Of a DNA stretch of 35,146 bases, positions 16,476 through 27,614 are shown one piece after another (position 1 is the stretch's first letter; each line of letters starts with the position of its first letter). The translations under genes were made by a program, and so were the position numbers. The DNA comes from Nitriliruptoraceae bacterium (GTDB taxonomy: Bacteria; Actinomycetota; Nitriliruptoria; Nitriliruptorales; Nitriliruptoraceae). The stretch lies in the NCBI GenBank assembly GCA_050486325.1, contig JBJHDB010000001.1, forward strand, positions 1 to 35,146, read 5' to 3'. Below the pieces are notes generated by a model. The model did not search any database. It was given only the letters and a program-made list of their open reading frames with translations, and was not told the DNA's origin.

Positions 16476-17859
16476 GCACCATCAGCATCCTGGCGCACTC
16501 AGCCACCGAACCGGCCATCGACGGATACACGGTGATGCTCTGCGCGAGCTGGGCGACGGTCAACCGGTTCTGCACCGCGACCGCTAGTGGCTGGATCAGG
16601 TCGCTGGCGCGCGCGGACACCACGACACCGCCGATGACCGTGCCGGATCCGACCATCGCGTGGACCTTTACGAAGCCGTCCACGCCGTAGATCATCTTCG
16701 CCCGCGGATTGCCACGGAAATCCAGTCGTGCGGTGGCAACGGGGATCCCGGCCCGGCCGGCCTCGGCGGGGCTGCGACCCACGGTGGCTACCTCGGGATC
16801 GGTGAACACGGTCGCGGCGACCGCATCCCACCGGATCGGCTGGACCGCCTGGCCCAGCGCATGCCACATCGCCGTGCGCCCCTGCATCGCGGCGACCGAT
16901 GCGAGCATCATCCGGCCGGTGACGTCGCCGGCCGCGTAGATGTTGCGGGCCGAGGTGCGCCCGACGCTGTCGACGTGCACCGCACCGGATGCGTCGGTGT
17001 CGACCCCGCAGGTCTCCAACCCGATATCGGCTGAGGCCGGGACCTGCCCCACGGTGAACAGCGCGTGGCTGCCAACGATCTCCTCGCCGCTGTCGAGTCC
17101 GACCACGACCTCGTCGCCCTCCCGCCGGCACGACACCGCCCGTGATCGGCGCACGATCGTCATCCCGCGCCGCTCGAAGACCTGTTCGATGACCTCCGCG
17201 GCGTCCGGGTCTTCGGTCGGCAGGATCAGATCCCGCGACGACACCAGCGTCACGTCGGCGCCGAACTGACAGAACGCATGCGCGAACTCGGCACCGGTCG
17301 CACCCGAGCCGACGACGATGAGCCGCTCGGGAAGCGCATCGAGCCCGTACACCTGCTGACCGGTGAGCACCCGCTCCCCGTCGGGTTCGAAGAAGGGCAG
17401 GATCCGGGCGGACGACCCGGTGCTGACGAGCACCACGTCGGCGTCGAGCCGTTCCTGGCCACCGCGCTCGAGCTCGACGACCACTGCGTCGGGGCCGTCG
17501 AGCCGGCCACGGCCCCGCACGATCCTCACACCCGCATCCGTGATGCGCCGTTCGATGTCGTGCGACTGGGACGCACCCAGTTCGAGCACCGTGTCGGTGA
17601 CCTTGGCGAAGTCGAAGGTGGCGTCACGCGCGACCGTGGCGGCGTCGGCGAGCACGCCCATGCTCTCGGCGGTGTTCAGCCAGCCCATCGCCTCGGCGGC
17701 GACGATCAGCGCTTTCGACGGGACGCAGTCCCACAGCACACTGTTGCCGCCGAGGCCTTCGTCGGCGACGATCGAAACCTCGGCGTCGAGTTCTGCGGCG
17801 ACCAACGCCGCTTCGTAACCGCCTGGGCCCCCGCCGAGTATCACGATTCGCTGGGTCAC
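16456..17859 (-). CDS. lpdA: Pyridine nucleotide-disulfide oxidoreductase family flavoprotein, LpdA-like NAD(P)H-quinone reductase type (one Cys of the redox pair is missing)
   Basis: 467-aa ORF with an FAD dinucleotide motif [15 protein letters not shown]. The usual GGTCLNVGCIPSK motif reads [13 protein letters not shown] here. The NAD motif [14 protein letters not shown] and a C-terminal dimerisation domain are present. Confidence 0.75.
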   Translation of the reverse strand: MTQRIVILGGGPGGYEAALVAAELDAEVSIVADEGLGGNSVLWDCVPSKALIVAAEAMGWLNTAESMGVLADAATVARDATFDFAKVTDTVLELGASQSHDIERRITDAGVRIVRGRGRLDGPDAVVVELERGGQERLDADVVLVSTGSSARILPFFEPDGERVLTGQQVYGLDALPERLIVVGSGATGAEFAHAFCQFGADVTLVSSRDLILPTEDPDAAEVIEQVFERRGMTIVRRSRAVSCRREGDEVVVGLDSGEEIVGSHALFTVGQVPASADIGLETCGVDTDASGAVHVDSVGRTSARNIYAAGDVTGRMMLASVAAMQGRTAMWHALGQAVQPIRWDAVAATVFTDPEVATVGRSPAEAGRAGIPVATARLDFRGNPRAKMIYGVDGFVKVHAMVGSGTVIGGVVVSARASDLIQPLAVAVQNRLTVAQLAQSITVYPSMAGSVAECARMLMVRLEETV

Positions 17860-17937
17860 CGGTGCTCCTGGTGGCCGGCTCGGGTCGTGTCGGGCGGACC
17901 GCGACCAGCCGCTCGTCGTCCGTGTTGGGTCCGGACG

Positions 17938-19524
<1,587 letters not shown>

Positions 19525-19527
19525 GGG

Positions 19528-20280
19528 TCATGCGCCTCGACGGTTGGCGAACTTGGCCTTGAGGTAGTCACGGTTCATCATGGCGATGAAGTCGATGGAG
19601 ATGCCCTTGGGGCACGCGGCTTCGCACTCGCCCATGTTGGTGCAGGAGCCGAAGTACTCCTCCATCGTGTCGACCATCGCCTCGGTGCGCGTGTCACGCT
19701 CCGGCTGACCTTGGGGCAGCAGGTTGAGATGCGCGATCTTGGCGGCGGTGAACAGCTGGGCCGCACCGTTGGGGCAGGCGGCGACACACGCACCGCAGCC
19801 GATGCAGGCGGCGGCGTCCATCGCGAGCTCTGCGTCATCCTTGGGCACCGGCATCAGGTTGGCGTCGGGTGCGGCACCGGTGTTGACGCTGATGTAGCCG
19901 CCCGCCTCGATGATGCGGTCGAACGGAGACCGGTCGACGACCAGGTCCTTGACGACCGGGAACCCGGCAGCGCGCCACGGTTCGAGCACGATCTCCTGGC
20001 CGTCGGTGAACGAGCGCATGTGCAGCTGGCAGGTGGCGGTCGCCGCCTGTGGCCCGTGGGCCTGCCCGTCGATCATGATGCCGCAGGTTCCGCAGATCCC
20101 CTCGCGGCAGTCGTGGGCGAACTCGATCGGCTGCTCACCGTCGGCGATGAGCTGTTCGTTGACGATGTCGAGCATCTCCAGGAACGAGGAGTCCTCGGAG
20201 ATGTCGGTCGCCTCGTAGGTCGCGAAGTGGCCGGGCTCGTCAGGTCCCGCCTGCCGCCAGACACGCAGCGTGACGTTCAC
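19528..20280 (-). CDS. sdhB: Succinate dehydrogenase/fumarate reductase iron-sulfur subunit
   Basis: 250-aa ORF with Cys clusters [22 protein letters not shown] and [12 protein letters not shown]. The GTG start overlaps the sdhA stop (GTGA at 20277-20280). Confidence 0.9.
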   Translation of the reverse strand: MNVTLRVWRQAGPDEPGHFATYEATDISEDSSFLEMLDIVNEQLIADGEQPIEFAHDCREGICGTCGIMIDGQAHGPQAATATCQLHMRSFTDGQEIVLEPWRAAGFPVVKDLVVDRSPFDRIIEAGGYISVNTGAAPDANLMPVPKDDAELAMDAAACIGCGACVAACPNGAAQLFTAAKIAHLNLLPQGQPERDTRTEAMVDTMEEYFGSCTNMGECEAACPKGISIDFIAMMNRDYLKAKFANRRGA

Positions 20281-22196
20281 TTGTAACTCCTCTGGGTCAG
20301 CTCGACCTCGGTGAACTCCAACGGTTCACGGTGTTCGACCGGGTCGGTCAGATCGCCGGTCCACTCCCAGGCGCTGACGTGCGCGAAGTTGTCGTCGTCA
20401 CGCATCGCCTCGCCGTCGTCGGTCTGGTGTTCCTCACGGAAGTGGCCGCCGCACGACTCCTCGCGCACCAGCGCGTCGCGACACATCAGCTCGGCGAGTT
20501 CGAAGAAGTCGGCGACACGTCCGGCTTTCTCCAGCGAAGAGTTCAGCGAGTCGGCGCTGCCGGGCACCCGGACATCAGACTCGAACTCGGCTTTGAGTGC
20601 CGGGATCTCCGACAGCGCCTTCTCGAGCCCGGCCTTGTTGCGGGCCATACCGCAGTGATCCCACAGGATCTTGCCGAGTTCCCGGTGGAACCAGTCCACC
20701 GACCGGGTCCCGTTGACGTGGAGGAACCGCTCCGTGCGGGCATGCACGTCCTGCTCGGCCGTGTCGAACTCCCCGGCGGAGGTGTCGACCTTGTCCTGGC
20801 CGAGCATCGGCGCGAGGTAGTCGCCGATGGTGGCGGGCAGCACGAAGTAGCCGTCGGCCAGGCCCTGCATCAACGCGGACGCACCCAGCCGGTTGGCGCC
20901 GTGATCGGAGAAGTTCGCCTCGCCGATCGCGAACAACCCCGGCACGGTCGTCTGCAGGTGGTAGTCCACCCACAGCCCGCCCATGGTGTAGTGCGGTGCC
21001 GGGTAGATGCGCATCGGGACCTGGTAGGCGTCTTCGCCGGTGATGCGCTCGTACATCTCGAGCAGGTTGCCGTACTTCTCGGCAAACGCCGGCCGCCCCA
21101 TGCGTTCGATCGCGTCGGCGAAGTCGAGGTACACGCCGTTCTTGAGCGGGCCCACACCGCGGCCGGTGTCGACCTGCTCCTTTGCGTTGCGTGACGCCAC
21201 GTCGCGGGGCACAAGGTTGCCGAACGCCGGGTAGCGCTCTTCGAGGAAGTAGCTGCGCTCCTCGGCCGGGATCTGGTCGGCCGGGCGGGTCTCGTCGGGG
21301 TCGACGGGCACCCAGATCCGTCCGTCGTTGCGCAGCGACTCTGACATCAGGGTCAGCTTCGATTGGAACTCGTCGGATGAGGGGATCGCCGTCGGATGGA
21401 TCTGGGTGTAGCACGGGTTGGCGAAGAACGCGCCCTTGCGATGCGCCCGCCAGGCGGCGGTGACGTTGCACGCCATCGCATTGGTCGACAGGTAGAAGGC
21501 GTTGGCATAACCACCGGTGCCCAGCACCACCGCATGCGCCGAGTGTCGGCTGATCTCACCGGTGACGAGGTCGCGGGTGATGATGCCGACCGCGCGCCCG
21601 TCGACGACGACCACGTCGAGCATCTCGCTATTGGTGTGCAGCTCGACATGGCCGGCCTTCACCTGACGGGCGAGCGCCTGGTAGGCGCCGAGCAGCAGCT
21701 GCTGGCCGGTCTGTCCGCGGGCGTAGAAGGTGCGGCTGACCTGGACGCCACCGAACGACCGGTTGTCGAGCAGCCCGCCGTATTCGCGGGCGAACGGCAC
21801 TCCCTGGGCGACGCACTGGTCGATGATGTTGGTCGACACCTCCGCCAGCCGGTGGACGTTGGCTTCACGCGCCCGGTAGTCGCCGCCTTTGACCGTGTCG
21901 TAGAACAGCCGACGGACCGAGTCGCCGTCGCCGTGGTAGTTCTTCGCCGCGTTTATCCCGCCCTGTGCGGCGATCGAGTGGGCCCGCCGCGACGAGTCGT
22001 GGAAGGTGAACGCCTTGACGCGGTAGCCGAGCTCGCCCAGCGTCGCCGCCGCGGAGGCGCCGGCGAGCCCGGTGCCGACGACGATGATCTCGAACCGCCG
22101 CTTGTTGTTCGGGCTGACCAGCTTCATGTCGAACAGGTGGTCCTGCCACTTGCTGGCCATCGGCCCGTCGGGGATCTTGGCGTCCAGCGCCGTCAT
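20277..22196 (-). CDS. sdhA: Succinate dehydrogenase/fumarate reductase flavoprotein subunit (Bacillus/type-B class)
   Basis: It has an FAD motif [14 protein letters not shown], the covalent-FAD region [11 protein letters not shown] and the active-site region SGYH-like HPTA. I prefer ATG 22196 ([12 protein letters not shown]...), preceded by gggag, giving 639 aa. ATG 22235 is the alternative. Confidence 0.9.
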   Translation of the reverse strand: MTALDAKIPDGPMASKWQDHLFDMKLVSPNNKRRFEIIVVGTGLAGASAAATLGELGYRVKAFTFHDSSRRAHSIAAQGGINAAKNYHGDGDSVRRLFYDTVKGGDYRAREANVHRLAEVSTNIIDQCVAQGVPFAREYGGLLDNRSFGGVQVSRTFYARGQTGQQLLLGAYQALARQVKAGHVELHTNSEMLDVVVVDGRAVGIITRDLVTGEISRHSAHAVVLGTGGYANAFYLSTNAMACNVTAAWRAHRKGAFFANPCYTQIHPTAIPSSDEFQSKLTLMSESLRNDGRIWVPVDPDETRPADQIPAEERSYFLEERYPAFGNLVPRDVASRNAKEQVDTGRGVGPLKNGVYLDFADAIERMGRPAFAEKYGNLLEMYERITGEDAYQVPMRIYPAPHYTMGGLWVDYHLQTTVPGLFAIGEANFSDHGANRLGASALMQGLADGYFVLPATIGDYLAPMLGQDKVDTSAGEFDTAEQDVHARTERFLHVNGTRSVDWFHRELGKILWDHCGMARNKAGLEKALSEIPALKAEFESDVRVPGSADSLNSSLEKAGRVADFFELAELMCRDALVREESCGGHFREEHQTDDGEAMRDDDNFAHVSAWEWTGDLTDPVEHREPLEFTEVELTQRSYK

Positions 22197-22275
22197 CTCG
22201 TTGTGCTCCCTGGTCAGGTGGCGGTCGATGCCCACGTGAACTCGGCGACGTTCGGGGTGCCCTTCGCGGTGCCGG

Positions 22276-22995
22276 TCAGGTCACCACGCCCAGCTGCACG
22301 GCAATCGGGAACGAAAGGTTGCCGATCACCACGACGGCCGTGAATCCGACGGCGAAGGCGCGTCGCCAGTGGTTGAACCGCCGGTTGTTGATCCCGAGCG
22401 ACTGGAACAGGCTCCACGCCCCGTGGTAGAGATGGACGCCCAGCGCCAGGTTGGCCACGATGTAGAACGCCGCCACAGCCGGAACCTGGAAGCTCGCCAC
22501 CACCCGGTCGTAGACACTGCCGGCCGGATCCGGGTTGACCCAGCCCCAGGTGAAGTCGGCGAGGTGGTAGACGAGGAACAGCAACACGATCACCCCGGTC
22601 CACCGCATGGTGCGTGCGGCGAAGTCGGCGGCGATCCAGTCGCGCTGCGACCGGTACGACTCGGGACGTGCCCGACGGTTCATCACCGTCAGCTGATATG
22701 CGGCCACGATGTGCACGACGATCGCGACGATCAGCACCGTTCGCATCAGGTTGAGCGTGCCGCTGGGCGGCAGGATCGGATACAGCAGGCGCCGGAGGAA
22801 CTCGGCGTAGGTGTTGAACTCTTCGGCGCTCTGGTAGAGCTTGAGGTTGCCCAGCATGTGGGCGAGCACGTACCCGAGCCAGATCACCCCGGTGACCGCC
22901 ATCAGGTACTTCTTGCCGAGCGCCGAGCGGTACAACTCGACGATGAACGGGGGGCGGGACGTCGTGCCCGCGTCGGCGGTGACCCTGGTGGCCAT
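22276..22995 (-). CDS. sdhC: Succinate dehydrogenase cytochrome b558-type membrane subunit
   Basis: I place the start at ATG 22995, preceded by gggag, giving 239 aa. It has about five hydrophobic helices with conserved His residues ([35 protein letters not shown]), as in single-subunit di-haem anchors. It sits first in the sdhCAB order. Confidence 0.8.
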   Translation of the reverse strand: MATRVTADAGTTSRPPFIVELYRSALGKKYLMAVTGVIWLGYVLAHMLGNLKLYQSAEEFNTYAEFLRRLLYPILPPSGTLNLMRTVLIVAIVVHIVAAYQLTVMNRRARPESYRSQRDWIAADFAARTMRWTGVIVLLFLVYHLADFTWGWVNPDPAGSVYDRVVASFQVPAVAAFYIVANLALGVHLYHGAWSLFQSLGINNRRFNHWRRAFAVGFTAVVVIGNLSFPIAVQLGVVT

Positions 22996-23146
22996 CGTGC
23001 GTCGTGCTCCCGGTCGGTCGGTTGCCGAGACTAGCAGCGGGGCTGCGTGCACCGGATTCGGCCACGATCGACGCTCGACGTCGGCAGCTGTCGCTGCTTG
23101 GCTGCAACCAGTCGACGAGGGGCACGAGGTGGAACTCACCAGCGGG

Positions 23147-24385
23147 ATGACACCGTTCGACGCCGTCAACTACTTCTTTCTCAAGGCAGCGGAGGTCGAC
23201 CGGCTCGACGACGCGGCGATCGCCGTGCTTGCCGGCACGTTCCGTGAACTCCGTGTCCAGGTCGCGTTCCGGCGCGACGACGGGAGGATGGACATCGCCT
23301 ACGGCTACCGCGTGCAGCACAACGGCGCCCGTGGGCCGTACAAGGGCGGGATCCGTTACCACCCGACCGCGGATCTCGAGGAGGTGCGCGCCCTGGCGTC
23401 GCTGATGACCTGGAAGACCGCGTTGGTCGACGTGCCGTTCGGCGGCGCAAAGGGCGGGGTCCAGATCGACGCGACCACACTCAGTCGCGGGGAGCTCGAA
23501 CGGGTCACCCGCCGCTACGCCGACCAGATCGGCCACATCATCGGCCCGACCCGGGACATCCCCGCACCGGACATGAACACCAATGCCCAGGTGATGAGCT
23601 GGATTCTCGACCAGTACGGGCGCAAGCACGGTCATACGACCCAGATCGTCACCGGCAAGCCGGTGGCCCTCGGCGGCTCGCTCGGCCGTGAGGAAGCCAC
23701 CGGCCGCGGCTGTGTGGTCGTCATGGAGGAGGCGGTCGGTGAGCTCGAGCTCGGTCCGCCCGAAGATGTGCGCGTCGCGATCCAGGGGTTCGGAAACGTC
23801 GGCTCGTGGGCGGCGAAGATCGCCGAAGATCGCGGCTACCGCGTCGTGGCGGTCTCCGATGTCCGCGGTGGCATCTACGCCCCGACAGGGTTGAAGATCG
23901 ACGAGGTCGTGCGCCACGTGGCCGAGACCGGTTCGGTGGTCGAACTGCCGGGCACCGACCCGATCGACAACGAGGCACTGTTGGAGCTCGACGTCGAGGT
24001 GTTGATGCCCGCCGCACTGGGTGAGGTGATCACCGACGCCAACGTCGACGCAGTCACCGCACCTCTGATCATCGAGGCGGCCAACCACCCGGTCACCCCG
24101 CAGGCGGACGCGGCGTTGAACGAGCGGGGAACCCTGATCGTGCCCGACATCCTCGCCAACGCCGGCGGGGTCACCGTCAGCTACTTCGAGTGGGTGCAGA
24201 ACAACCAGGAGATCCGCTGGGAGCACGAAGACGTCAACCGGCGCCTGGAGCTCAAGCTCCAGCGGGCCTACCGCGAATGCCGGGAGTTCCAGGCCTCCCA
24301 CAAGGACCTGAGCTTCCGCGAAGCGGCGTTTTCGCTGGCGGTCGACCGGGTGGTGGAGGCCGCCACACTGCGCGGCTACCTGTGA
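23147..24385 (+). CDS. gdh: Glutamate dehydrogenase (Glu/Leu/Phe/Val dehydrogenase family, about 410-aa class)
   Basis: The sequence reads MTPFDAVNYF...YRVQHNGARGPYKGGIRYHP...KTALVDVPFGGAKGG...IQGFGNVGS. The catalytic Lys motif and the Rossmann GxGxxG are both present. The start is ATG 23147, or GTG 23129, which has gagggg 7 nt upstream. The longer track ORF overlaps sdhC. Confidence 0.9.
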   Translation: MTPFDAVNYFFLKAAEVDRLDDAAIAVLAGTFRELRVQVAFRRDDGRMDIAYGYRVQHNGARGPYKGGIRYHPTADLEEVRALASLMTWKTALVDVPFGGAKGGVQIDATTLSRGELERVTRRYADQIGHIIGPTRDIPAPDMNTNAQVMSWILDQYGRKHGHTTQIVTGKPVALGGSLGREEATGRGCVVVMEEAVGELELGPPEDVRVAIQGFGNVGSWAAKIAEDRGYRVVAVSDVRGGIYAPTGLKIDEVVRHVAETGSVVELPGTDPIDNEALLELDVEVLMPAALGEVITDANVDAVTAPLIIEAANHPVTPQADAALNERGTLIVPDILANAGGVTVSYFEWVQNNQEIRWEHEDVNRRLELKLQRAYRECREFQASHKDLSFREAAFSLAVDRVVEAATLRGYL

Positions 24386-24390
24386 TCACC

Positions 24391-24470
24391 GCAGCCTCGC
24401 ATTGACTCCCGCGGCCTTGCGTTGACCCCTGCGGCCTTGCGTTGACCCCTGCGGCCTTCCGCTGGCCAAC
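24391..24470. repeat. Four tandem 20-bp direct repeats (two perfect, two degenerate)
   Basis: The copies are gcagcctcgcattgactccc (24391-24410), gcggccttgcgttgacccct (24411-24430), gcggccttgcgttgacccct (24431-24450) and gcggccttccgctggccaac (24451-24470). They fill almost the whole 88-nt gap between the convergent gdh and trpS stops. Confidence 0.85.
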
Positions 24471-24473
24471 CGT

Positions 24474-25520
24474 TCAGTAGCTGGCGGGCAGCAGGCCCAT
24501 CGCGTCCTTGGCATCGGCGATCGTCCCGCCGGCGGTTTCGCGGGCGGTGGCCGCGCCGCGTGCCAGCACGCGCTCGACCTCGCCGGGGTCGGCGGCGAAC
24601 TCGGCATGGCGTCGCTGGATCGGCTCGAGGAGTTCGACGACGGCGTCGGCGACCGCGGCTTTGAACGCGCCGTAGCCACCCCCGTCGTAGGTCGCTGCGA
24701 GGGTGTCGACGTCGTCACCGGTTGCGGCGGCCATGATCTCGAGCAGGTTCGACACCCCCGGCTTGGCGTCACGGTCGTGGCGGACCTCGGTCTCGGAGTC
24801 GGTGACGGCCGACTTGAACTTCTTGACGATGACGTCGGGTTCGTCGAGCAGGTAGACGATGCCGCGTTCGGTGGTCGCCGATTTGGACATGCGATTGGTG
24901 GGCTCCTGCAGGTCCATCACCCGTGCGGCGGCCTGTGGGTGCACCGCCTTGGGCGCGGTGAAGACCTCCCGGCCGAAGCGGTGGTTGAACCGCTGGGCGA
25001 TGTCGCGTGCCAGCTCGATGTGATGACGCTGGTCCTCGCCGACCGGCACCTCGTTGGTGTGATAGAGCAGGATGTCGGCGGCCTGCAGCGCCGGGTAGGT
25101 CAAGAGGCCCACGGACACCGCCGTGTCGCGGCCCGCCGACTTCTCCTTGAACTGCGGCATGCGCGCCAGCTCGCCGTACGTCGCCACGCAGCTGAACAGC
25201 CACGAGCACTCGGCATGTTCGGGCACGTGCGACTGGACGAACAGCAGCGAACGGTCCGGATCGATTCCCGCGGCGAGAATGCCGGTGGCGACCTCGACGG
25301 TGCGTTGGCGCAGCGTCGCCGGGTCGTGTTCGGTCGGCGAGGTCATCGCATGCAGGTCGACGACGCAGTAGATGCAGTCGGCACGGTCCTGCATCGCCAC
25401 CCAGTTGACGAGCGCACCGAGCAGATTGCCCAGATGCAGCACACCGGAGGGCTGAATCCCGGAGAAGACGCGGGTACGCCCGTCCGCCGCCCCCTTGGTC
25501 GCGGCCTGATCGGGACTCAC
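24474..25520 (-). CDS. trpS: Tryptophan--tRNA ligase
   Basis: Class I signatures are present: SGIQPSGVLHLGNLLGA (HIGH-type) and KMSKS (NRMSKSATT). I place the start at GTG 25520, which is 8 nt after aaggag, giving 348 aa. The longer track ORF overlaps mdh. Confidence 0.9.
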   Translation of the reverse strand: MSPDQAATKGAADGRTRVFSGIQPSGVLHLGNLLGALVNWVAMQDRADCIYCVVDLHAMTSPTEHDPATLRQRTVEVATGILAAGIDPDRSLLFVQSHVPEHAECSWLFSCVATYGELARMPQFKEKSAGRDTAVSVGLLTYPALQAADILLYHTNEVPVGEDQRHHIELARDIAQRFNHRFGREVFTAPKAVHPQAAARVMDLQEPTNRMSKSATTERGIVYLLDEPDVIVKKFKSAVTDSETEVRHDRDAKPGVSNLLEIMAAATGDDVDTLAATYDGGGYGAFKAAVADAVVELLEPIQRRHAEFAADPGEVERVLARGAATARETAGGTIADAKDAMGLLPASY

Positions 25521-25551
25521 GAGCACGTCTCCTTCGGCCCGTGGACGCGGC

Positions 25552-26541
25552 TCACAAGAGTTCCGCCACGGCGTCGCGTTCCTCGACCAGCTCGGCCACC
25601 GAGGCGTCGAGCATCGCACGCGCACGGTCGGACAGTTCCACGTCCGGAACGATTCTGTAGCCGCCACGACCGTCTGTGGCGACGGGGAACCCGCTGATCA
25701 GGCCTTCTGGCACCCCGTAGGAGCCGTCCGACACCACCGCCATCGATACCCAGTCCCCTTCAGCGGTGGGTCGGCCACCACACCAGTTGGCGACGTGATC
25801 TACCAGCGCGTTGGCCGCTGACGCCGCCGACGACGCGCCACGGGCGTCGATGATCGCCTTGCCGCGCTGCTGGACGGTGGTGAGGAACTCGCCGGTGAGC
25901 CACGCGTCGTCACCGATGACCTCGGTCGCGGGCCGGCCGCCGATGAGGGCGTTGTCCACGTCGGGAACCATCGTCGGCGAGTGGTTGCCCCACACGGCCA
26001 GGTTGGTCACCTGGTCGACGGCCACGCCGGCCTTGGTGGCCAGCTGGGTGCGGGCACGGTTCTCGTCGAGCCGCATCATCGCACTGAACCGGTCGGCGGG
26101 GACCCCGTCCGCGTTGGCCGCGGCGATCAATGCGTTGGTGTTCGCCGGGTTGCCGACGACGGCGATCCGCACGTCGTCAGCGGCGTTGGCCGCGATCGCC
26201 TGTCCCTGTGCGGTGAAGATCGCGCCGTTCTCCTTCAGCAGGTCGGCACGTTCCATCCCCGGACCACGCGGCTTGGCACCGACGAGGCAGGCCACATCGG
26301 TTCCGTCGAAGGCGACCTCCGCCCGGTCGGTGGTGGTGATGCCGGCGAGCAATGGGAACGCACAGTCGTCGAGCTCCATGGCCACCCCGTCGAGCGCTCC
26401 GAGCGCCGGCGTGATCTCGAGCAGCTGCAGATGGACCGGGGTGTCGGGACCGAACATCTGCCCGGAAGCGATCCGGAAGACCAGGGCGTAGCCGATCTGG
26501 CCGGCGGCTCCCGTCACTGCAACTCGGACGGGGGTGGTCAT
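25552..26541 (-). CDS. mdh: Malate dehydrogenase (NAD-dependent, about 329-aa class)
   Basis: The sequence reads [27 protein letters not shown]...LQLLEI...[17 protein letters not shown]...GNPANTN. The start is ATG 26541, preceded by aggag. Confidence 0.9.
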   Translation of the reverse strand: MTTPVRVAVTGAAGQIGYALVFRIASGQMFGPDTPVHLQLLEITPALGALDGVAMELDDCAFPLLAGITTTDRAEVAFDGTDVACLVGAKPRGPGMERADLLKENGAIFTAQGQAIAANAADDVRIAVVGNPANTNALIAAANADGVPADRFSAMMRLDENRARTQLATKAGVAVDQVTNLAVWGNHSPTMVPDVDNALIGGRPATEVIGDDAWLTGEFLTTVQQRGKAIIDARGASSAASAANALVDHVANWCGGRPTAEGDWVSMAVVSDGSYGVPEGLISGFPVATDGRGGYRIVPDVELSDRARAMLDASVAELVEERDAVAELL

Positions 26542-26666
26542 GGTGGCTCCTGTCAGGTGCGGCGTCGTCATGGCGATTCGACCGCTCGAATGCACCGCAG
26601 CGGGCAAACCCGGGGTCGACGGACGATCCTACTGCCGGCGATCACCCGGTCCGTCCGGCGCGCGGC

Positions 26667-27539
26667 TCAGCGTCGTGGCAGGCCTCGGCGGACACGGGCG
26701 GCCTCGAGGGTGTTCTGCAGCAGCATGGTCACCGTCATCGGGCCGACGCCGCCCGGCACCGGGGTGATGGCCCCGGCGACCTCGGCAACCTCGTCGTAGG
26801 CGACGTCACCGACGAGCTTGCCATCGTCGGTGCGGTTGGTTCCAACATCGATGACGACCGTGCCCGGCGAGATCATGTCGGCGGTGACGAGCCCTGGCAT
26901 GCCGGCGGCGGCAACCACGACATCCGCCCGCCGGCAGACCTCGCCGAGGTCGCGGGTTCGGGAGTGGGCCAACGTGACCGTGGCGTCACGTCCTTTGAGG
27001 GTGAGCATCACCGACAGGGGACGGCCCACCAGGTTCGACCGGCCGACGATGACGATCTCGGCTCCGCGGGTGTCCACGCCAGCGTGGTCGAGCAACTCGA
27101 GCACGCCATAGGGGGTGCACGACAGGAACGTCGGGTCACCGATCGCCAGCCGCCCCGCGGTATAGGGGTTGAGCGCGTCGACGTCCTTGGCCGGTGCGAT
27201 CAGCTCCTGGATCGGCTGCGGATCGAGCCCGTCGGGCAACGGCAGCTGCACCAGAATCCCGTCGATGGCGTCGTCGTCGTTGAGCCCAGCCACGACCGCT
27301 TCGAGCTCGGACTGGGAGGTCTCGTCCGGCAGGGCGATCTGGCGCGACAACATTCCCGCCGACTCGGTGGCACGGTGCTTCATGCCGACATAGACCTGTG
27401 AGGCGGGATCATCGCCGACCAGAACGGCAGCCAGACCCGGGGTGATGCCGTGGTCGGCCTTGAGCCTGGCGACCTCGTCCGCGATGCGGGCACGGACTTC
27501 CGTGGCCAGCGCTTTGCCGTCGAGTATCCGGGCAGCCAT
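26667..27539 (-). CDS. folD: Bifunctional methylenetetrahydrofolate dehydrogenase/cyclohydrolase
   Basis: 290-aa ORF reading ILDGKALA...PGLAVLVGDDPASQVYV..K...VQLPLP...VVGRSNLVGRPL...TPVPGGVGPMT. The ATG start is preceded by gaggagg. Confidence 0.92.
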   Translation of the reverse strand: MAARILDGKALATEVRARIADEVARLKADHGITPGLAAVLVGDDPASQVYVGMKHRATESAGMLSRQIALPDETSQSELEAVVAGLNDDDAIDGILVQLPLPDGLDPQPIQELIAPAKDVDALNPYTAGRLAIGDPTFLSCTPYGVLELLDHAGVDTRGAEIVIVGRSNLVGRPLSVMLTLKGRDATVTLAHSRTRDLGEVCRRADVVVAAAGMPGLVTADMISPGTVVIDVGTNRTDDGKLVGDVAYDEVAEVAGAITPVPGGVGPMTVTMLLQNTLEAARVRRGLPRR

Positions 27540-27614
27540 CGTGTCCTCCTCGTCGTCGTGTTTCGCCCTGCGGCAGAACGCCAGCGGCAGAGCCGGATGT
27601 GGGTGAGGCGGGCT

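Noticed and set aside
19525-19527. Cobalamin riboswitch controlling the mutase gene
   Set aside because: Only 3 nt separate sdhB from the mutase start, so there is no room for a leader. The 78-nt gap downstream of the mutase shows no B12-box-like sequence.
22214-24301. 695-aa ORF on the minus strand
   Set aside because: It lies antisense to the clearly recognisable glutamate dehydrogenase gene and overlaps sdhC in a different frame. The product is low-complexity and Arg/Asp/Gly/Pro-rich. It is a shadow ORF.
24391-24470. CRISPR-like array
   Set aside because: The 20-bp units are directly adjacent with no spacers, there are only four copies, and no cas genes are present. I classify it as a simple tandem repeat.
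27540-27614. Possible ZTP (pfl) riboswitch between purH and folD, and upstream of purN
   Set aside because: ZTP riboswitches often precede purH, folD and purN-type genes in Actinobacteria. However, the 75-nt gap lacks the conserved GGGUCGUGACUGGCG and CCGCCUGGGC elements as I recall them, and it is too short for both subdomains. I saw only a gcggcag direct repeat and a strong SD.
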